Source: Pseudomonas phage RWG. From it: a DNA stretch of 64,000 nt. The stretch lies in the sequence record KM411958.1; one strand, 5' to 3'. This document shows positions 28,749 through 38,900 of the stretch, in pieces. The position numbers and the translations under genes were made by a program. Position 1 is the stretch's first letter. Every line of letters begins with the position of its first letter. A model generated the notes under the pieces. That model made no database searches and was not told where the DNA came from. It saw only the letters and a program-made list of their open reading frames with translations.

Positions 28749-30926
28749 ATGATGCTCAAGTACGAGGAAATGCAACACCATCCGACCTCGGAACGCATCG
28801 TCGAAATTCTGTGTGAGAAGACCCAATCCAAGAACCACAGGTTCTTCAGGATCTTGGTTGGCTTCCAGTTCTCGATGATGGCAGCGCATATGCGTTGCCA
28901 CATCAAGACTCACGAACGCGGCGAGATTCCGGTCAACATGTACGCCCTCAACCTGATGCCTTCTGGCGCAGGTAAGGGCTTCTCCACGAAGGTGATGGAG
29001 GACCAGATTACCTATGGCTTCCGCCATCGGTTCATGGAAACCTTCGACACCGCAGCCGAGAAGCACCTTGACGATCTGGCGTTCAAGCGCCACATCCGTA
29101 AGGGGTCCGAACTACCCGACGAACAGGAAGCTGTCCGTAAGGAGTTCAAGTCTCTCGGCCCCCTGCTGTATGACTTCGACTCGGGTACTGGCCCAGCCGT
29201 CAAGCAGATGCGTCACAAGCTGCTGATGGCCAACGCTGGTGCGGTCAACCTCGTCGTCGATGAGATTGGCTTGAACCTGCCTGCCATGACCGAGATCATG
29301 CCGACGTTCCTAGAACTGTTCGACGTGGGTTCGGTCAAGCAGAAGCTGGTCAAGAACACCAACGACAACCTTCGCGGCGAAGAGATCATCGGTCGAACGC
29401 CCACCAACCTCATGGCTTTCGGTACCCCCGGCAAGCTGCTGGATGGCGGCAAGACCGAGGACCAGCTGATGGAGTTGCTGGAGACTGGCTACGCTCGTCG
29501 TTGCTTCTTCGGCATGGCTGGCGAAGGCAAGAAGGTGGACATGACCCCGGAAGAGGTCTATGACCTCATGACGAAGAACTCCACCTCCACCTTCATCGAA
29601 GATCTCTGCGATGACCTGGAACGTCTGGCAGACGCAAGCAATATGCGTCGAGTGCTCACCATGGACAAGGACACCGCTCTGCTGTCCATCGAGTACAAGC
29701 TGAAGTGCGAGAAGATCGCAGCAGGCTTGCCGGAGCACCAGGAAGCCAAGAAAGCAGAAGTGACGCACCGGTACTTCAAGGCTCTCAAGCTGGCAGGTGC
29801 CTATGCTTTCGTGGACGACTCGCCGGTACTCACCATGGATCACCTCTACGCAGCCATCAAGGTTGCCGAGGAATCTGGTGAGTGCTTCGACATGCTCATG
29901 ACCAGGGACCGTCCCTACGTGAAGCTGGCGAAGTACCTGGCAGCGACCAACTCGGAAACCACCGTGGCCGAACTGGATGAAGATCTCCCGTTCTACCGTG
30001 GCTCCCGTCAGCAGAAAGACGACATGCTGGTCATGGCTACTGCCTGGGGCTACAAGAACAACATCATCATCAAGAAGACCTACGAACAGGACATCATGTT
30101 CCTCCGTGGGGAAGCACTCCAAGCCACCGACATCCATGACAAGAGCATGATCGTGGCCTACTCGCAGGACATCGCGTACGGCTACTTCAACGATCTAGCG
30201 ACTTGGGATGACCTATGGAAGATGACCCAAGCCAATGGTATCCACTGGATCAACCACCACCTCAATGGTGGGGAAGAGCGAAAGGGTCACCGCAATGAAG
30301 AGAACTGCCGGGTTGGTTTCAACCTGCTGGTTATCGACATCGACCATGGGTGCAAGCTGTCCACGGCCAAGGAATTCCTGAAGGGCTACAAGGCTCTTCT
30401 GTACACCACGAAACGCCATCAGACGGACGGTAACGGTGATCGCTTCCGCATCATCCTTCCGTTGAACTACACCCTGAAGATGGACGCCAAGGAGTACAAG
30501 GAGTTCTACAACGCCGTCATCGAATCCCTGCCTTTCGAGGTGGACGATGGCGTCGGTCAGCGTGCACGGAAGTGGCTATCTCATGCCGGCCACTACGAAT
30601 ACCTGGATGGTGAGTTGTTCGACGCACTGCCCTACATCCCGAAGACCACGAAGGATGAAGAGCGTCGGCGTAACCTCAAGGATCAGGCGTCGATGGACAA
30701 GCTGGAGCGTTGGGTAATCAACAACACCGGCGACGGCAACAGGAACAACATGTTGCTCCGTTACGCAATGATCCTTCTGGATGCTGGCTTCAGCGTCAAT
30801 GCAATCCACGGCAAGGTGAACGAACTCAACTCGAAGATGGCTGACAAGCTGTCGGAGATCGAGATCGCTTCCACCATCATGGTCTCTGTAGCCAAGAAAG
30901 CTGGGGCAAACGGCAACTTAGCTTAG
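28749..30926 (+). CDS. DNA primase: N-terminal P-loop NTPase plus C-terminal archaeo-eukaryotic primase (AEP/prim-pol-like) domain
   Basis: Walker A LMPSGAGKGFS. Walker B LVVDEIGL. C-terminal LLVIDIDHG (DxD), RFRIILPL and a PriCT-like KWLSHAGHYEYL. Confidence 0.6.
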   Translation: MMLKYEEMQHHPTSERIVEILCEKTQSKNHRFFRILVGFQFSMMAAHMRCHIKTHERGEIPVNMYALNLMPSGAGKGFSTKVMEDQITYGFRHRFMETFDTAAEKHLDDLAFKRHIRKGSELPDEQEAVRKEFKSLGPLLYDFDSGTGPAVKQMRHKLLMANAGAVNLVVDEIGLNLPAMTEIMPTFLELFDVGSVKQKLVKNTNDNLRGEEIIGRTPTNLMAFGTPGKLLDGGKTEDQLMELLETGYARRCFFGMAGEGKKVDMTPEEVYDLMTKNSTSTFIEDLCDDLERLADASNMRRVLTMDKDTALLSIEYKLKCEKIAAGLPEHQEAKKAEVTHRYFKALKLAGAYAFVDDSPVLTMDHLYAAIKVAEESGECFDMLMTRDRPYVKLAKYLAATNSETTVAELDEDLPFYRGSRQQKDDMLVMATAWGYKNNIIIKKTYEQDIMFLRGEALQATDIHDKSMIVAYSQDIAYGYFNDLATWDDLWKMTQANGIHWINHHLNGGEERKGHRNEENCRVGFNLLVIDIDHGCKLSTAKEFLKGYKALLYTTKRHQTDGNGDRFRIILPLNYTLKMDAKEYKEFYNAVIESLPFEVDDGVGQRARKWLSHAGHYEYLDGELFDALPYIPKTTKDEERRRNLKDQASMDKLERWVINNTGDGNRNNMLLRYAMILLDAGFSVNAIHGKVNELNSKMADKLSEIEIASTIMVSVAKKAGANGNLA

Positions 30927-30950
30927 GGGTGCCTCCGGCACCCTTTCGCT
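30927..30950 (+). terminator. hairpin GGGTGCC-TCC-GGCACCC plus TTTCGCTT (weak terminator or regulatory hairpin)
   Basis: 7-bp stem and the same TCC loop as the 549 and 3352 hairpins. Short T tract. Confidence 0.45.
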
Positions 30951-30956
30951 TCCAAC

Positions 30957-31703
30957 ATGGAGTCAATCATGACGCAAGTGAACGACCATCTGGTCTTGGT
31001 TTCCGGTCTGTCCGCTACTGGCAAGTCTGCTTGTCTGCGGAATCTACGGGAGCCGGAGAAGGTCATCTACCTGAACTGCGAAGCCGGTAAGCGGCTGCCG
31101 TTCAAGTCTCGCTTCATCGAGCGGACGGTGACCGATCCCTACCAGATCCCCACTGTCTTCGATGCAGTGGTAGAAGGGAAGGTAGAAGCCCACACCATCA
31201 TCATCGATACCCTCACCTACCTGCTGGACATGTACGAATCCCAGTACATCTACCGGGCTGCCAACGGGCAAGCTGCGTGGATGGATTTCCAGCAGTTCTT
31301 CAAGGATCTGATGCAACAGAAGGTTGCCAGCAGTCCCTGCAAGGTGATCTTCCTGGCTCACACCAAGGAAGAGTACAACAAGGCAACCATGGCCATGGAC
31401 GTGTGCGTTCCGGTCAAGGGCGCCTTGAAGAACAACGGCATTGAGTCCTACTTCTCCACGGTGATCTCCACCAAGAAGGTGGAACTAGGGAAGCTGGAGC
31501 CGTTCAAGGAGAACAACAAGCTCTTGGAGATCACGCCGCAGGAGGAAATGCTTGGCTACAAGCACGTCTTCCAGACGCAGATCACCAAGGAAACTGTCGG
31601 TGAGCGCATTCGTGGTCCCATGGGTATGTGGACGCACGAGCAAACCTTCATCGACAACGACATCCAGAAGGTTCTTGACCATCTGGACTGGTACTACAAC
31701 TGA
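30957..31703 (+). CDS. AAA_24/Sak4-like RecA-fold ATPase
   Basis: Walker A VSGLSATGKSA. Walker B IIIDTLTYL. KVIFLAHTKEE is typical of AAA_24. Confidence 0.5.
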   Translation: MESIMTQVNDHLVLVSGLSATGKSACLRNLREPEKVIYLNCEAGKRLPFKSRFIERTVTDPYQIPTVFDAVVEGKVEAHTIIIDTLTYLLDMYESQYIYRAANGQAAWMDFQQFFKDLMQQKVASSPCKVIFLAHTKEEYNKATMAMDVCVPVKGALKNNGIESYFSTVISTKKVELGKLEPFKENNKLLEITPQEEMLGYKHVFQTQITKETVGERIRGPMGMWTHEQTFIDNDIQKVLDHLDWYYN

Positions 31704-31729
31704 TTCACGCATCGAAAGGAAACAGCACT

Positions 31730-32476
31730 ATGTTCGGTAACCTCAGCACCAACAACAACAGCGACATCAAGGAAGCCAAGGACAGCATCGGCGGCGGCAG
31801 TCGTATCTTCGACACCGACATCTATGCCTTCAAGATCCTGGCCGCCTACGGCTCCGAATCCTCCGGCGGCGCTCTGGCAGTGAACTTCGAGTTCGAAGAG
31901 CACGGCACCGGTCGCAAGCTGAAGATTCAGCAGTACGTGACCAGCAGCAAGGAAAAAGGCCAGAACAACTACTACGTGAACGCCGAGGGCGAGAAGCACT
32001 ATCTGCCGGGCTTCAACATCGTCAACGCCATCTGCCTCATGACCGCCGAAAAAGAACTGGCGGCCTGTGTGCCGGAACAGCGCACCCTGAAGATCTACGA
32101 CTACGACGCCAAGGCCGAAGTACCCAAGCAGGTTCCGGTCCTCGCTGACCTGACCGGCAAGGACATCTACCTGGCCCTGGAGAAGATCATCGAGAACAAG
32201 CGCGTCAAGAACGAAGCCACCGGCCAGTACGAAGATTCGTCGGAAACCCGCGAACTGAACGACGTGGCGGCGGTCTTCCACTTCGGCACCAAGAAGACCC
32301 TGAACGAAGCCCGTGCCAAGGCTGAACCCGAGTTCTTCGACAAGTGGAAAGAAGCCAAGGCCGGTACCGTCCGCGACAAGACCAAGAAGGTCGCCGGTGG
32401 CGGCGCAGCTTCCGGTCGTCCTGCACCGGCAGGCGGCCAAGCAGGTGGCGGCAAGCCCGCAAGCCTGTTCAGCTAA
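31730..32476 (+). CDS. putative ssDNA-binding protein (N4 gp45-like by position) with Gly-rich disordered tail
   Basis: Lies in the replication/recombination block. C-terminal GGGAASGRPAPAGGQAGGGKPASLFS is a flexible tail ending in a hydrophobic/aromatic tip, as in SSBs. No motif-level confirmation. Confidence 0.4.
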   Translation: MFGNLSTNNNSDIKEAKDSIGGGSRIFDTDIYAFKILAAYGSESSGGALAVNFEFEEHGTGRKLKIQQYVTSSKEKGQNNYYVNAEGEKHYLPGFNIVNAICLMTAEKELAACVPEQRTLKIYDYDAKAEVPKQVPVLADLTGKDIYLALEKIIENKRVKNEATGQYEDSSETRELNDVAAVFHFGTKKTLNEARAKAEPEFFDKWKEAKAGTVRDKTKKVAGGGAASGRPAPAGGQAGGGKPASLFS

Positions 32477-32479
32477 GCC

Positions 32480-32845
32480 ATGAAGGTCCGGGAACTGCTC
32501 GATTCGTTGAAGCGGCAGTTGAGCTACTGCACGAACCCGCAACAACGCGAACGGTTGCTGGACCACACCTTACGCATCCCTGTCCTGAGCCCCGGTACTG
32601 TCGGGGCGAGGCCATCTGTGGATGTGCTGAGTGTGGTTCCTGGCTTCGATTGGGATGACGGTTCGATGTTCTGTGAACCCAATTCCGACATCAAGCTGAC
32701 CGTACTGACCCCTGAAGAAGTGAAGACCATCATGGCGAGCTACAGCAAGGGGACATCTTGGTTTGCCTACCAGGAAACCAAGAAGCTACGGGAAGAAATC
32801 AACCGGCTGAAGAAACAGCTGGAGCTACTCGGAGGTAGCGAATGA
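32480..32845 (+). CDS. hypothetical protein
   Basis: 121 aa. Confidence 0.5.
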   Translation: MKVRELLDSLKRQLSYCTNPQQRERLLDHTLRIPVLSPGTVGARPSVDVLSVVPGFDWDDGSMFCEPNSDIKLTVLTPEEVKTIMASYSKGTSWFAYQETKKLREEINRLKKQLELLGGSE

Positions 32846-33285
32846 AAGTCAACCCGCAAGACGTGAAGAACATGATCGTGGAAGAGTCTTTCACGATCCT
32901 TCCCAACGGACTGACCACCGTATGCCAGCTTACCCTGGTCAACGGTTGGACGGTCACTGGGCAGTCATCCTGTGTGGACCCCGATGAATTCGATGCCGAG
33001 ATCGGAATCGAGATCGCTCGTCGTAACGCTGAAGACGAGGTGTGGAAGTTCGCAGGCTACGAACTCATGCAGAAGCTGCACAAGCGGCGGATGGGTGCGA
33101 AGGAGCGGCTGAAACTGGAACTCCAGGAGCTTCGTGAGCGGCAAGAAAGGTTGTTCAACCTGCTGCATACCGATGCTGCTGTTGACATCCCGGAGTACGC
33201 CTACAGCCTCCTGGAACAGCAGGAAACTGCTCAGCGTAACCTCATCGACATCCTCGAAGAGCGACTGAAGCAATGGCGCGACTGA
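32842..33285 (+). CDS. hypothetical protein
   Basis: ATGA overlap with the upstream gene. 147 aa. Confidence 0.5.
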   Translation: MKVNPQDVKNMIVEESFTILPNGLTTVCQLTLVNGWTVTGQSSCVDPDEFDAEIGIEIARRNAEDEVWKFAGYELMQKLHKRRMGAKERLKLELQELRERQERLFNLLHTDAAVDIPEYAYSLLEQQETAQRNLIDILEERLKQWRD

Positions 33286-33833
33286 ACGTAATCGGCATGG
33301 ACCCCAGTATGAGCAACTGGGGACTAGCCTGCGGTCAGTACGACACAACCTCCAACACCCTCAGCCTACGGCATATCGAAGTCATCAAGACTTCCAAGAC
33401 CAAGGACAAGCAGATTCGCGTCAACAGCGATGACTTGAACCGGTCTACCGAGATCACCACCAGAGTCATGGAGGTGATCAAGGAAGCCAACGTAATATTC
33501 GTGGAAGTGCCTGTAGGATCCCAGTCTGCCGCAGCCATGAAAAGCTACGGCATGTGCATTGGGATCCTCTCTGCCGTGAGAGCAAGCGGCAAGCCATTCC
33601 ACCTGCTCACCCCCACTGACCTGAAGGTCATGGCTTGTAACTCGAAGACAGCTTCGAAGGACGCCATGATCGAATGGGCGGTCAAGAAATACCCCCATCT
33701 CAACTGGCCCATGACCTCGAAAGGGGAAGTGATCGCCAGTAAGGCTGAGCACATGGCTGATGCCTGTGCAGCAGCCGAGTATGGGGTCTTCCATCACAAT
33801 GATTTCAAGCTGGCCCTGGCCATGCTCACTTAA
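33273..33833 (+). CDS. RuvC-like Holliday junction resolvase
   Basis: VIGMDPSMSNWGLA matches RuvC ILGIDPGSRVTGYGV. FVEVPVGSQSAAAMKSYGMCIGILSAV matches the second RuvC acidic motif. EHMADACAAAEYG matches ADAADALAIAI. Confidence 0.7.
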   Translation: MARLNVIGMDPSMSNWGLACGQYDTTSNTLSLRHIEVIKTSKTKDKQIRVNSDDLNRSTEITTRVMEVIKEANVIFVEVPVGSQSAAAMKSYGMCIGILSAVRASGKPFHLLTPTDLKVMACNSKTASKDAMIEWAVKKYPHLNWPMTSKGEVIASKAEHMADACAAAEYGVFHHNDFKLALAMLT

Positions 33834-33844
33834 AAGGAACCAAG

Positions 33845-34285
33845 ATGAAAATCGAACTGCAACAAGCCGAAGTCGCCGCTGGTATCGCTACCTACCTGAC
33901 CGCCAATGGCCTGAAAGCCGACGCTTCCCAGCTGACCATCTCCTTCCAGACCACCCGCAAGGGCGACGGCGGCATCGTGGCTTTCGTCGAAGTACCGGAA
34001 CTGGCCGTAGCCAGCCTGGTCGGCACCAAGGCACCGGTCGCTACCGAACCGCAGGTTGCGGAAGTGGCCGAGAAGCCGAAGAAGGCCGAGAAGAAAGTCG
34101 TCAACACCGAAGCGGCCGCCGGCCTGGCAGCTGCCGTTGCCGAATCCAAGGCGAGCGAAGAAGCAGTGCCGGTCGAAGTAGCTACCGAAGAGCCGGATCC
34201 GGTTACCGAGGTGGAAGCCAAGAAAGAAGAGCCGGCAGCCGAACAAGCAGCCCCGGCCAGCACCGGTGGTAGCCTCTTCAGCTAA
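33845..34285 (+). CDS. hypothetical Ala/Glu/Lys-rich protein ending in the same SLFS tail as the SSB-like protein
   Basis: C-terminus APASTGGSLFS versus GGGKPASLFS at the end of 31730-32476. Confidence 0.5.
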   Translation: MKIELQQAEVAAGIATYLTANGLKADASQLTISFQTTRKGDGGIVAFVEVPELAVASLVGTKAPVATEPQVAEVAEKPKKAEKKVVNTEAAAGLAAAVAESKASEEAVPVEVATEEPDPVTEVEAKKEEPAAEQAAPASTGGSLFS

Positions 34286-34296
34286 CACCTCTTCCA

Positions 34297-34320
34297 GGCC
34301 GATAGCCCCCGTAACAGGGG
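34297..34320 (+). terminator. hairpin GCCCCC-gtaaca-GGGGGC (terminator-like, no T-run)
   Basis: 6-bp G/C stem immediately after the stop codon. Confidence 0.35.
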
Positions 34321-34342
34321 GCTGTCTCTACCGGAGTAAACC

Positions 34343-34747
34343 ATGAAAGCCAAGTCGTATTACCTCCTGGCCTTCGCTGCACCCACAGGCGTAGGCACCG
34401 TATTCCAGTCGGCCATCCATGCTTTCGAGCAGGGCAAGAGCCACGACTTCACCGTACCACTCATCGCTCAGATCAAGGAGCGTAGCGGTATCGGTGCCAA
34501 CTCGATCATGCTCAGTGTCTCCTTCCTGGGAACCATGACCGAAGCTGAGTTCAACCCACCGTTCCGTCCTGGAATGGATGCCACCGTTGCATACCTCGAA
34601 GGTGTGCGTGCTGGCTTGGAGAACTCCGAGAAAGACAACCCGTACCCCACTGGTTCGGTGGAGGCAGCAGACTACCGTAATGGTCGTATTTCTGGCTTCA
34701 GCATGCGTGAAGGCCAACAGCCTCCGCAGGATCACAGTCCACAGTAA
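34343..34747 (+). CDS. hypothetical protein
   Basis: 134 aa. Confidence 0.5.
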   Translation: MKAKSYYLLAFAAPTGVGTVFQSAIHAFEQGKSHDFTVPLIAQIKERSGIGANSIMLSVSFLGTMTEAEFNPPFRPGMDATVAYLEGVRAGLENSEKDNPYPTGSVEAADYRNGRISGFSMREGQQPPQDHSPQ

Positions 34748-35000
34748 AAAGAGCATTCCCTTTTGTCCGCTGATACGTCACTACCTTCATTCCTTTTCTG
34801 AAGTTCTCGTAATGGTTACGGGTAGGCGGACTCTTTTTAGTGTTGACTGCCATGTCAGCCTCCTGTAAGTTGAGAACCATGAAGTGGAGACAACCTCTCA
34901 CCACCTCATCGGCCCCTGGATACCACTACCAAGTAATCCTTGTCCCACTCGATCCAAGGGGCCGTTTACCACCTCCCTAATCCAATGCCTCCATAGACTA

Positions 35001-35027
35001 AGCCAGCTACCTCAGCTGGCTTTCTTA
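35001..35027 (+). terminator. hairpin AGCCAGCT-acctc-AGCTGGCT followed by TTCTTAT
   Basis: 8-bp stem and T-rich tail, inside a 400-bp non-coding region. Confidence 0.45.
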
Positions 35028-35052
35028 TGTCTATTGACCCAGTAGGCATAAG

Positions 35053-35120
35053 GGAGTGCTCTGGCCCGTTGCAACGGGTACACCCACCACCCCGCAATGG
35101 GGTCCAGACCAGAGCACTCC
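35053..35120 (+). other. 68-nt structured element: 12-bp stem GGAGTGCTCTGG/CCAGAGCACTCC enclosing hairpins CCCGTTGCAACGGG and CCCC-gcaat-GGGG (candidate ncRNA/leader)
   Basis: Read directly. Located ~30 nt upstream of the 35153 start codon. Confidence 0.4.
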
Positions 35121-35152
35121 ATCCCTTACACCCAACCAGAAGGAACTTCGCT

Positions 35153-35389
35153 ATGGGCGATTTGAGCAAAGCGTGCATGCTGAAAAACATGCATGTCACC
35201 CGTGTGCTACACCTCATCGAAATGCGCAACAAGCTGACGAACACCCTACGGGACAATGCCACCGACGACGGTATGGCTACCCTGGAAATGTTCGACGCTG
35301 CCCTGAAGCAGGAAACCGACCGCTTCCTCCGCGCTTTCCGTGCGGTAGGCAACGAGAACATCAACGAGATCAAGAAGGCGGCCGAATGA
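35153..35389 (+). CDS. hypothetical protein
   Basis: 78 aa. Confidence 0.45.
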   Translation: MGDLSKACMLKNMHVTRVLHLIEMRNKLTNTLRDNATDDGMATLEMFDAALKQETDRFLRAFRAVGNENINEIKKAAE

Positions 35390-35703
35390 GCTTGGTAGAT
35401 GCGGTAGTAGAAGCCAAGCGCCAGGGCGTACAGCACAGCCTTCGTGGCAGCAACTACGAGTCCGACATCCCGCCGAGCCTGAAGGCTCTACTGGATGAAG
35501 CACTGCGACTGGCCAACGAGCACAGCATCCCGCTGTACTGGTCTGCCAGCCTGCCCAATGGTGTGATGACTCGTGCTGCTCTCGGCGAGAAGGGCGAGAA
35601 CATCCACATCCAGTACCTCATGTCCTATGCGGCTGCGGTACAAGATCCTGCCCTGGCACAAGAAGTTGTGCAGAAAGGTATGGCCTTCCTCGACAAGAAG
35701 TAA
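35386..35703 (+). CDS. hypothetical protein
   Basis: ATGA overlap with the upstream gene. 105 aa. Confidence 0.5.
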   Translation: MSLVDAVVEAKRQGVQHSLRGSNYESDIPPSLKALLDEALRLANEHSIPLYWSASLPNGVMTRAALGEKGENIHIQYLMSYAAAVQDPALAQEVVQKGMAFLDKK

Positions 35704-35712
35704 GGAGTCCGT

Positions 35713-35916
35713 ATGGGAGTCCTGAAAGGATTGTTCGGCGCTGGGGCACTGGCAGGAGCCGTGATAGGCATTCTATTCATTGGCTTCGTATTCAGCTGGA
35801 TCTTCAGAATACTCGGCGTGGTAGTAGCACTGTTCATCGTGCTACTCATCCTCTGCTGGGTAGGATGGGAATGGTTGAAGTATTGCTTCAGCAGGAAGAA
35901 GGAGGGGGAGCAATAG
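35713..35916 (+). CDS. small membrane protein
   Basis: 67 aa with two hydrophobic helices. Confidence 0.5.
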   Translation: MGVLKGLFGAGALAGAVIGILFIGFVFSWIFRILGVVVALFIVLLILCWVGWEWLKYCFSRKKEGEQ

Positions 35917-35930
35917 CTCCCCCTTTCTTC
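35904..35930. terminator. bidirectional terminator between convergent genes
   Basis: GGGGGAGC-aat-AGCTCCCCC followed by TTTCTTC. Lies between the plus-strand gene end and the vRNAP stop. Confidence 0.6.
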
Positions 35931-35931
35931 A

Positions 35932-38900
35932 TTACAGGTTCATCAGACCTTTGATACCTGGTAGTTCGCTCAAGCTGGATGGCCAGGACCACGGACCAGA
36001 CTGGAACGGGTTGTGCCCGATCCGGTTGATCCAAGAGCTATCCATTACCGATTGCAAGCCACTCACAAAGTGGTTAGCAGCAACCAGAGCCAGTGCACGA
36101 GCAGGCTTCTGACGGATCAAGCGAGCGATCACCTTCTGCACACGCAGATAGTACTTGGTGAACATCACCAGACCCATGTCGTTCATGAACTGAAGACCAC
36201 GGCCAGAAGGCAAGTCGTAGTTGATGAACGATTCTTCAGCCTGACGCAGAGCATCAGCTTTACTCAGCGGATCTTTAGCACGAGTAGTCAGGTGCTCATA
36301 CAGAGCGTATCGAGCAACCAGATCACTCAGCTGAGTGGTTTGGCTCAGGAACTTGTACACAGCAGTGTCGTGAGTCATGTAGACCTGACGACCAATGTCC
36401 CGAACCAACTTCGGCAGCTTGCTGGTGTACTTCTCAGCCTTCTTCTGGAGCAGAGACTTGTAGCTGTACTGCGAGTCATCAGCTTCCACATCTTCTACGA
36501 TGGTCGGCATCAGTCCGGCATCTACCAGCGGCTTGATCGGGTTGCGACTCAGGCGATCCATCAGCACAGCGATCTCATCCCGTACAGCTTGCTCACCGGA
36601 AGGCAGGTAACCAACGTCAAGTGCACGCTGAAGCTGGATAAGCTTCTTGTTGTCCTGACGATACTGGAGAGCAGCCTTGATGCCGGTAGCGTGAGCACGT
36701 ACACCTTCGGCCAAGCCAACACCTTCCCAAGCCAACAGAGTCATGTTCGAGACAATGTTACCTACGAGAGTGGTGATGTTCTTGATTACCAGGATGTCCT
36801 TGGCTTCACGGACCAGTTCCTGCATCACATCCTCAGCACGACCAATGCGAAGTGCAGCCTTCTCACCCAGGATGGCTTCAGCAACTCGTACAAGCACCTT
36901 CTCAGCGATGTTGCGTTCGTCTTCTGCCAAACCAAACGGAGTAGTCAGACTGTACTTGCGATAACCCATGATCATGTTCAACTGATCAGCAGGGATCTGC
37001 ATGTTGTCGCTACCCCAAGTCTTGCGGATCTCACGCTTAGTGTTCTCCGGCAGCAGTTGGTACAACTCAAGCAGCTGAGGATCAGTGCTGTCCTTGCCTA
37101 CAACCAGGTAGCTGCTAGGACGGTTGGCGTAATCCTCGCGGAATTGGTCGTACATAGCACGAACAACGTCAGCGTTCTGGATTGCGGAGTCAACCTTGTC
37201 CACGATCTGACCTGCAAGAGTACCAAGCACCTGTTCCATGGAGTTATCACGATCCAGCAGACTGTCACGGTTGTGCTCAGTCATGGTATAGCGGTAGTCC
37301 ACGATGGCTCCATTCGGGTTCACCACAGGAGACACTCGGCCCGGCTTCTGCTGGCGAGGATCGTAGGAGCGATCACGCAGGAACATGTCACTCACATCCT
37401 GGGCAATGTTGCGCTTGATGGTAGTGATGGCGTTCTTCGCAGTTCCAGGAGCAGCCGACAGCATGTTGGTAGCCTGACGATCCACCTTGGTACCACGAGC
37501 ATGCACACCGGTGTAGCTCATCGCACCAGTCAGCAAGCCAACCTGACCACTACCACGACGGGTCACCAGAACCTTGTCGGATTCCAGACCAGCACGTTGG
37601 TCTACCTGCACGTCACCAGCAACAGCGTAGCCACGCTTCTGGAAGTAGGGCAGGTCACTGCGGTCTACGGCCAGCACTTCGATCTTGGAGTCGAAGATGT
37701 CCGGTACATAGCCATCGGTGTACAGACGTTCGGTGCCTTGGAACAGGGCATCCTTGGAGCGCTTACCCAAGCCATGGTGCATGGCCAGGATCAGATCCAC
37801 ACCGTTGCCATCGGTACGGTTGGATTCGGTCTTAAGCACTTCACGGGCACGGCTCTTCACCTGGGAACCCGAGTACTCCCACCCATAGACAGCTTGCAGC
37901 TGGTCCAGCAGTTCGATGGCTTTCGCACGATCTGCCTTGGAGGACTGGAGCACACGCTTGGTACCGAGCATGTCTGCGATGTTCGCACTGTTCAGCATCA
38001 GGTTCGGACTGACGTTGCCACCAATCACACGGTGGTAAGCCAAGTCCTTCACAGCACCCAGGTAATACTGACCATTCGGCAGTGCCAGCAGTTGGTCTTC
38101 GAGGTCTTTGCGGAGATTGGCGAACTCGCCATTGTCCAGAAGGACTTCCTTCAACCGATCCATACCCAGGGCTTCACGAAGGTTACCCATGTTGGTACGC
38201 AGGAAACCCTTGGTCAGTGCAGCACGGTCTTCAGTGCTCAGGTACTGACCGTTGTCCTTGAAGCCCTCATTGATCATCGCAGCGGTGTACTCGATGTGCT
38301 GCTTACGAGCCATCTCGTTGGACTTGGCTTGCTTGAACAAAGTGTGTGCAGCGAGGTTACCCTCGTGTGCCCCACGCATCTCGTTCACTACCTGCATGGC
38401 CATGCCGTGCTGGCTCTTGAAAGCGTTGTCACGGATGCGAGTGATACCGTCCAGGACCAAGCCAACACGCTCATTGGTGATGGTGCTGATGGTCTTACCA
38501 GCTACCCGAACGAAGGGGCTGTCCGACTGAGTGAAGAAGGTCGATTCAGCGATCCGGTTCAGGTTGTCCTTGATGGCTTCCCCGGTGTTTGCCAGGGCAG
38601 TTTCCACCTGGTCCAGGGCACCCACTTTCTGGTCAGCCAGACGTCCACGACGCTTGGCTTCGATGTCCACCAGACGATCCACCAGGGTGAACAGTCGGCT
38701 CTCAGCCACCTCACCCGGACGAGTCTTGTCGTGCAGCTGACCCAGGCGGGTAAGCAAACGTCGGAACATCTCAACCAGACGAGTAGCCAGTGGCATACCA
38801 GCCAAGGACTTCTCGCTGCTACGGGTAGTGAACTGAAGCAGGTTCGCTACTTCTTGGCTCGCTACACCCAGGGCAGCAAAGCGGCTCAGGTAGTCGCTAC

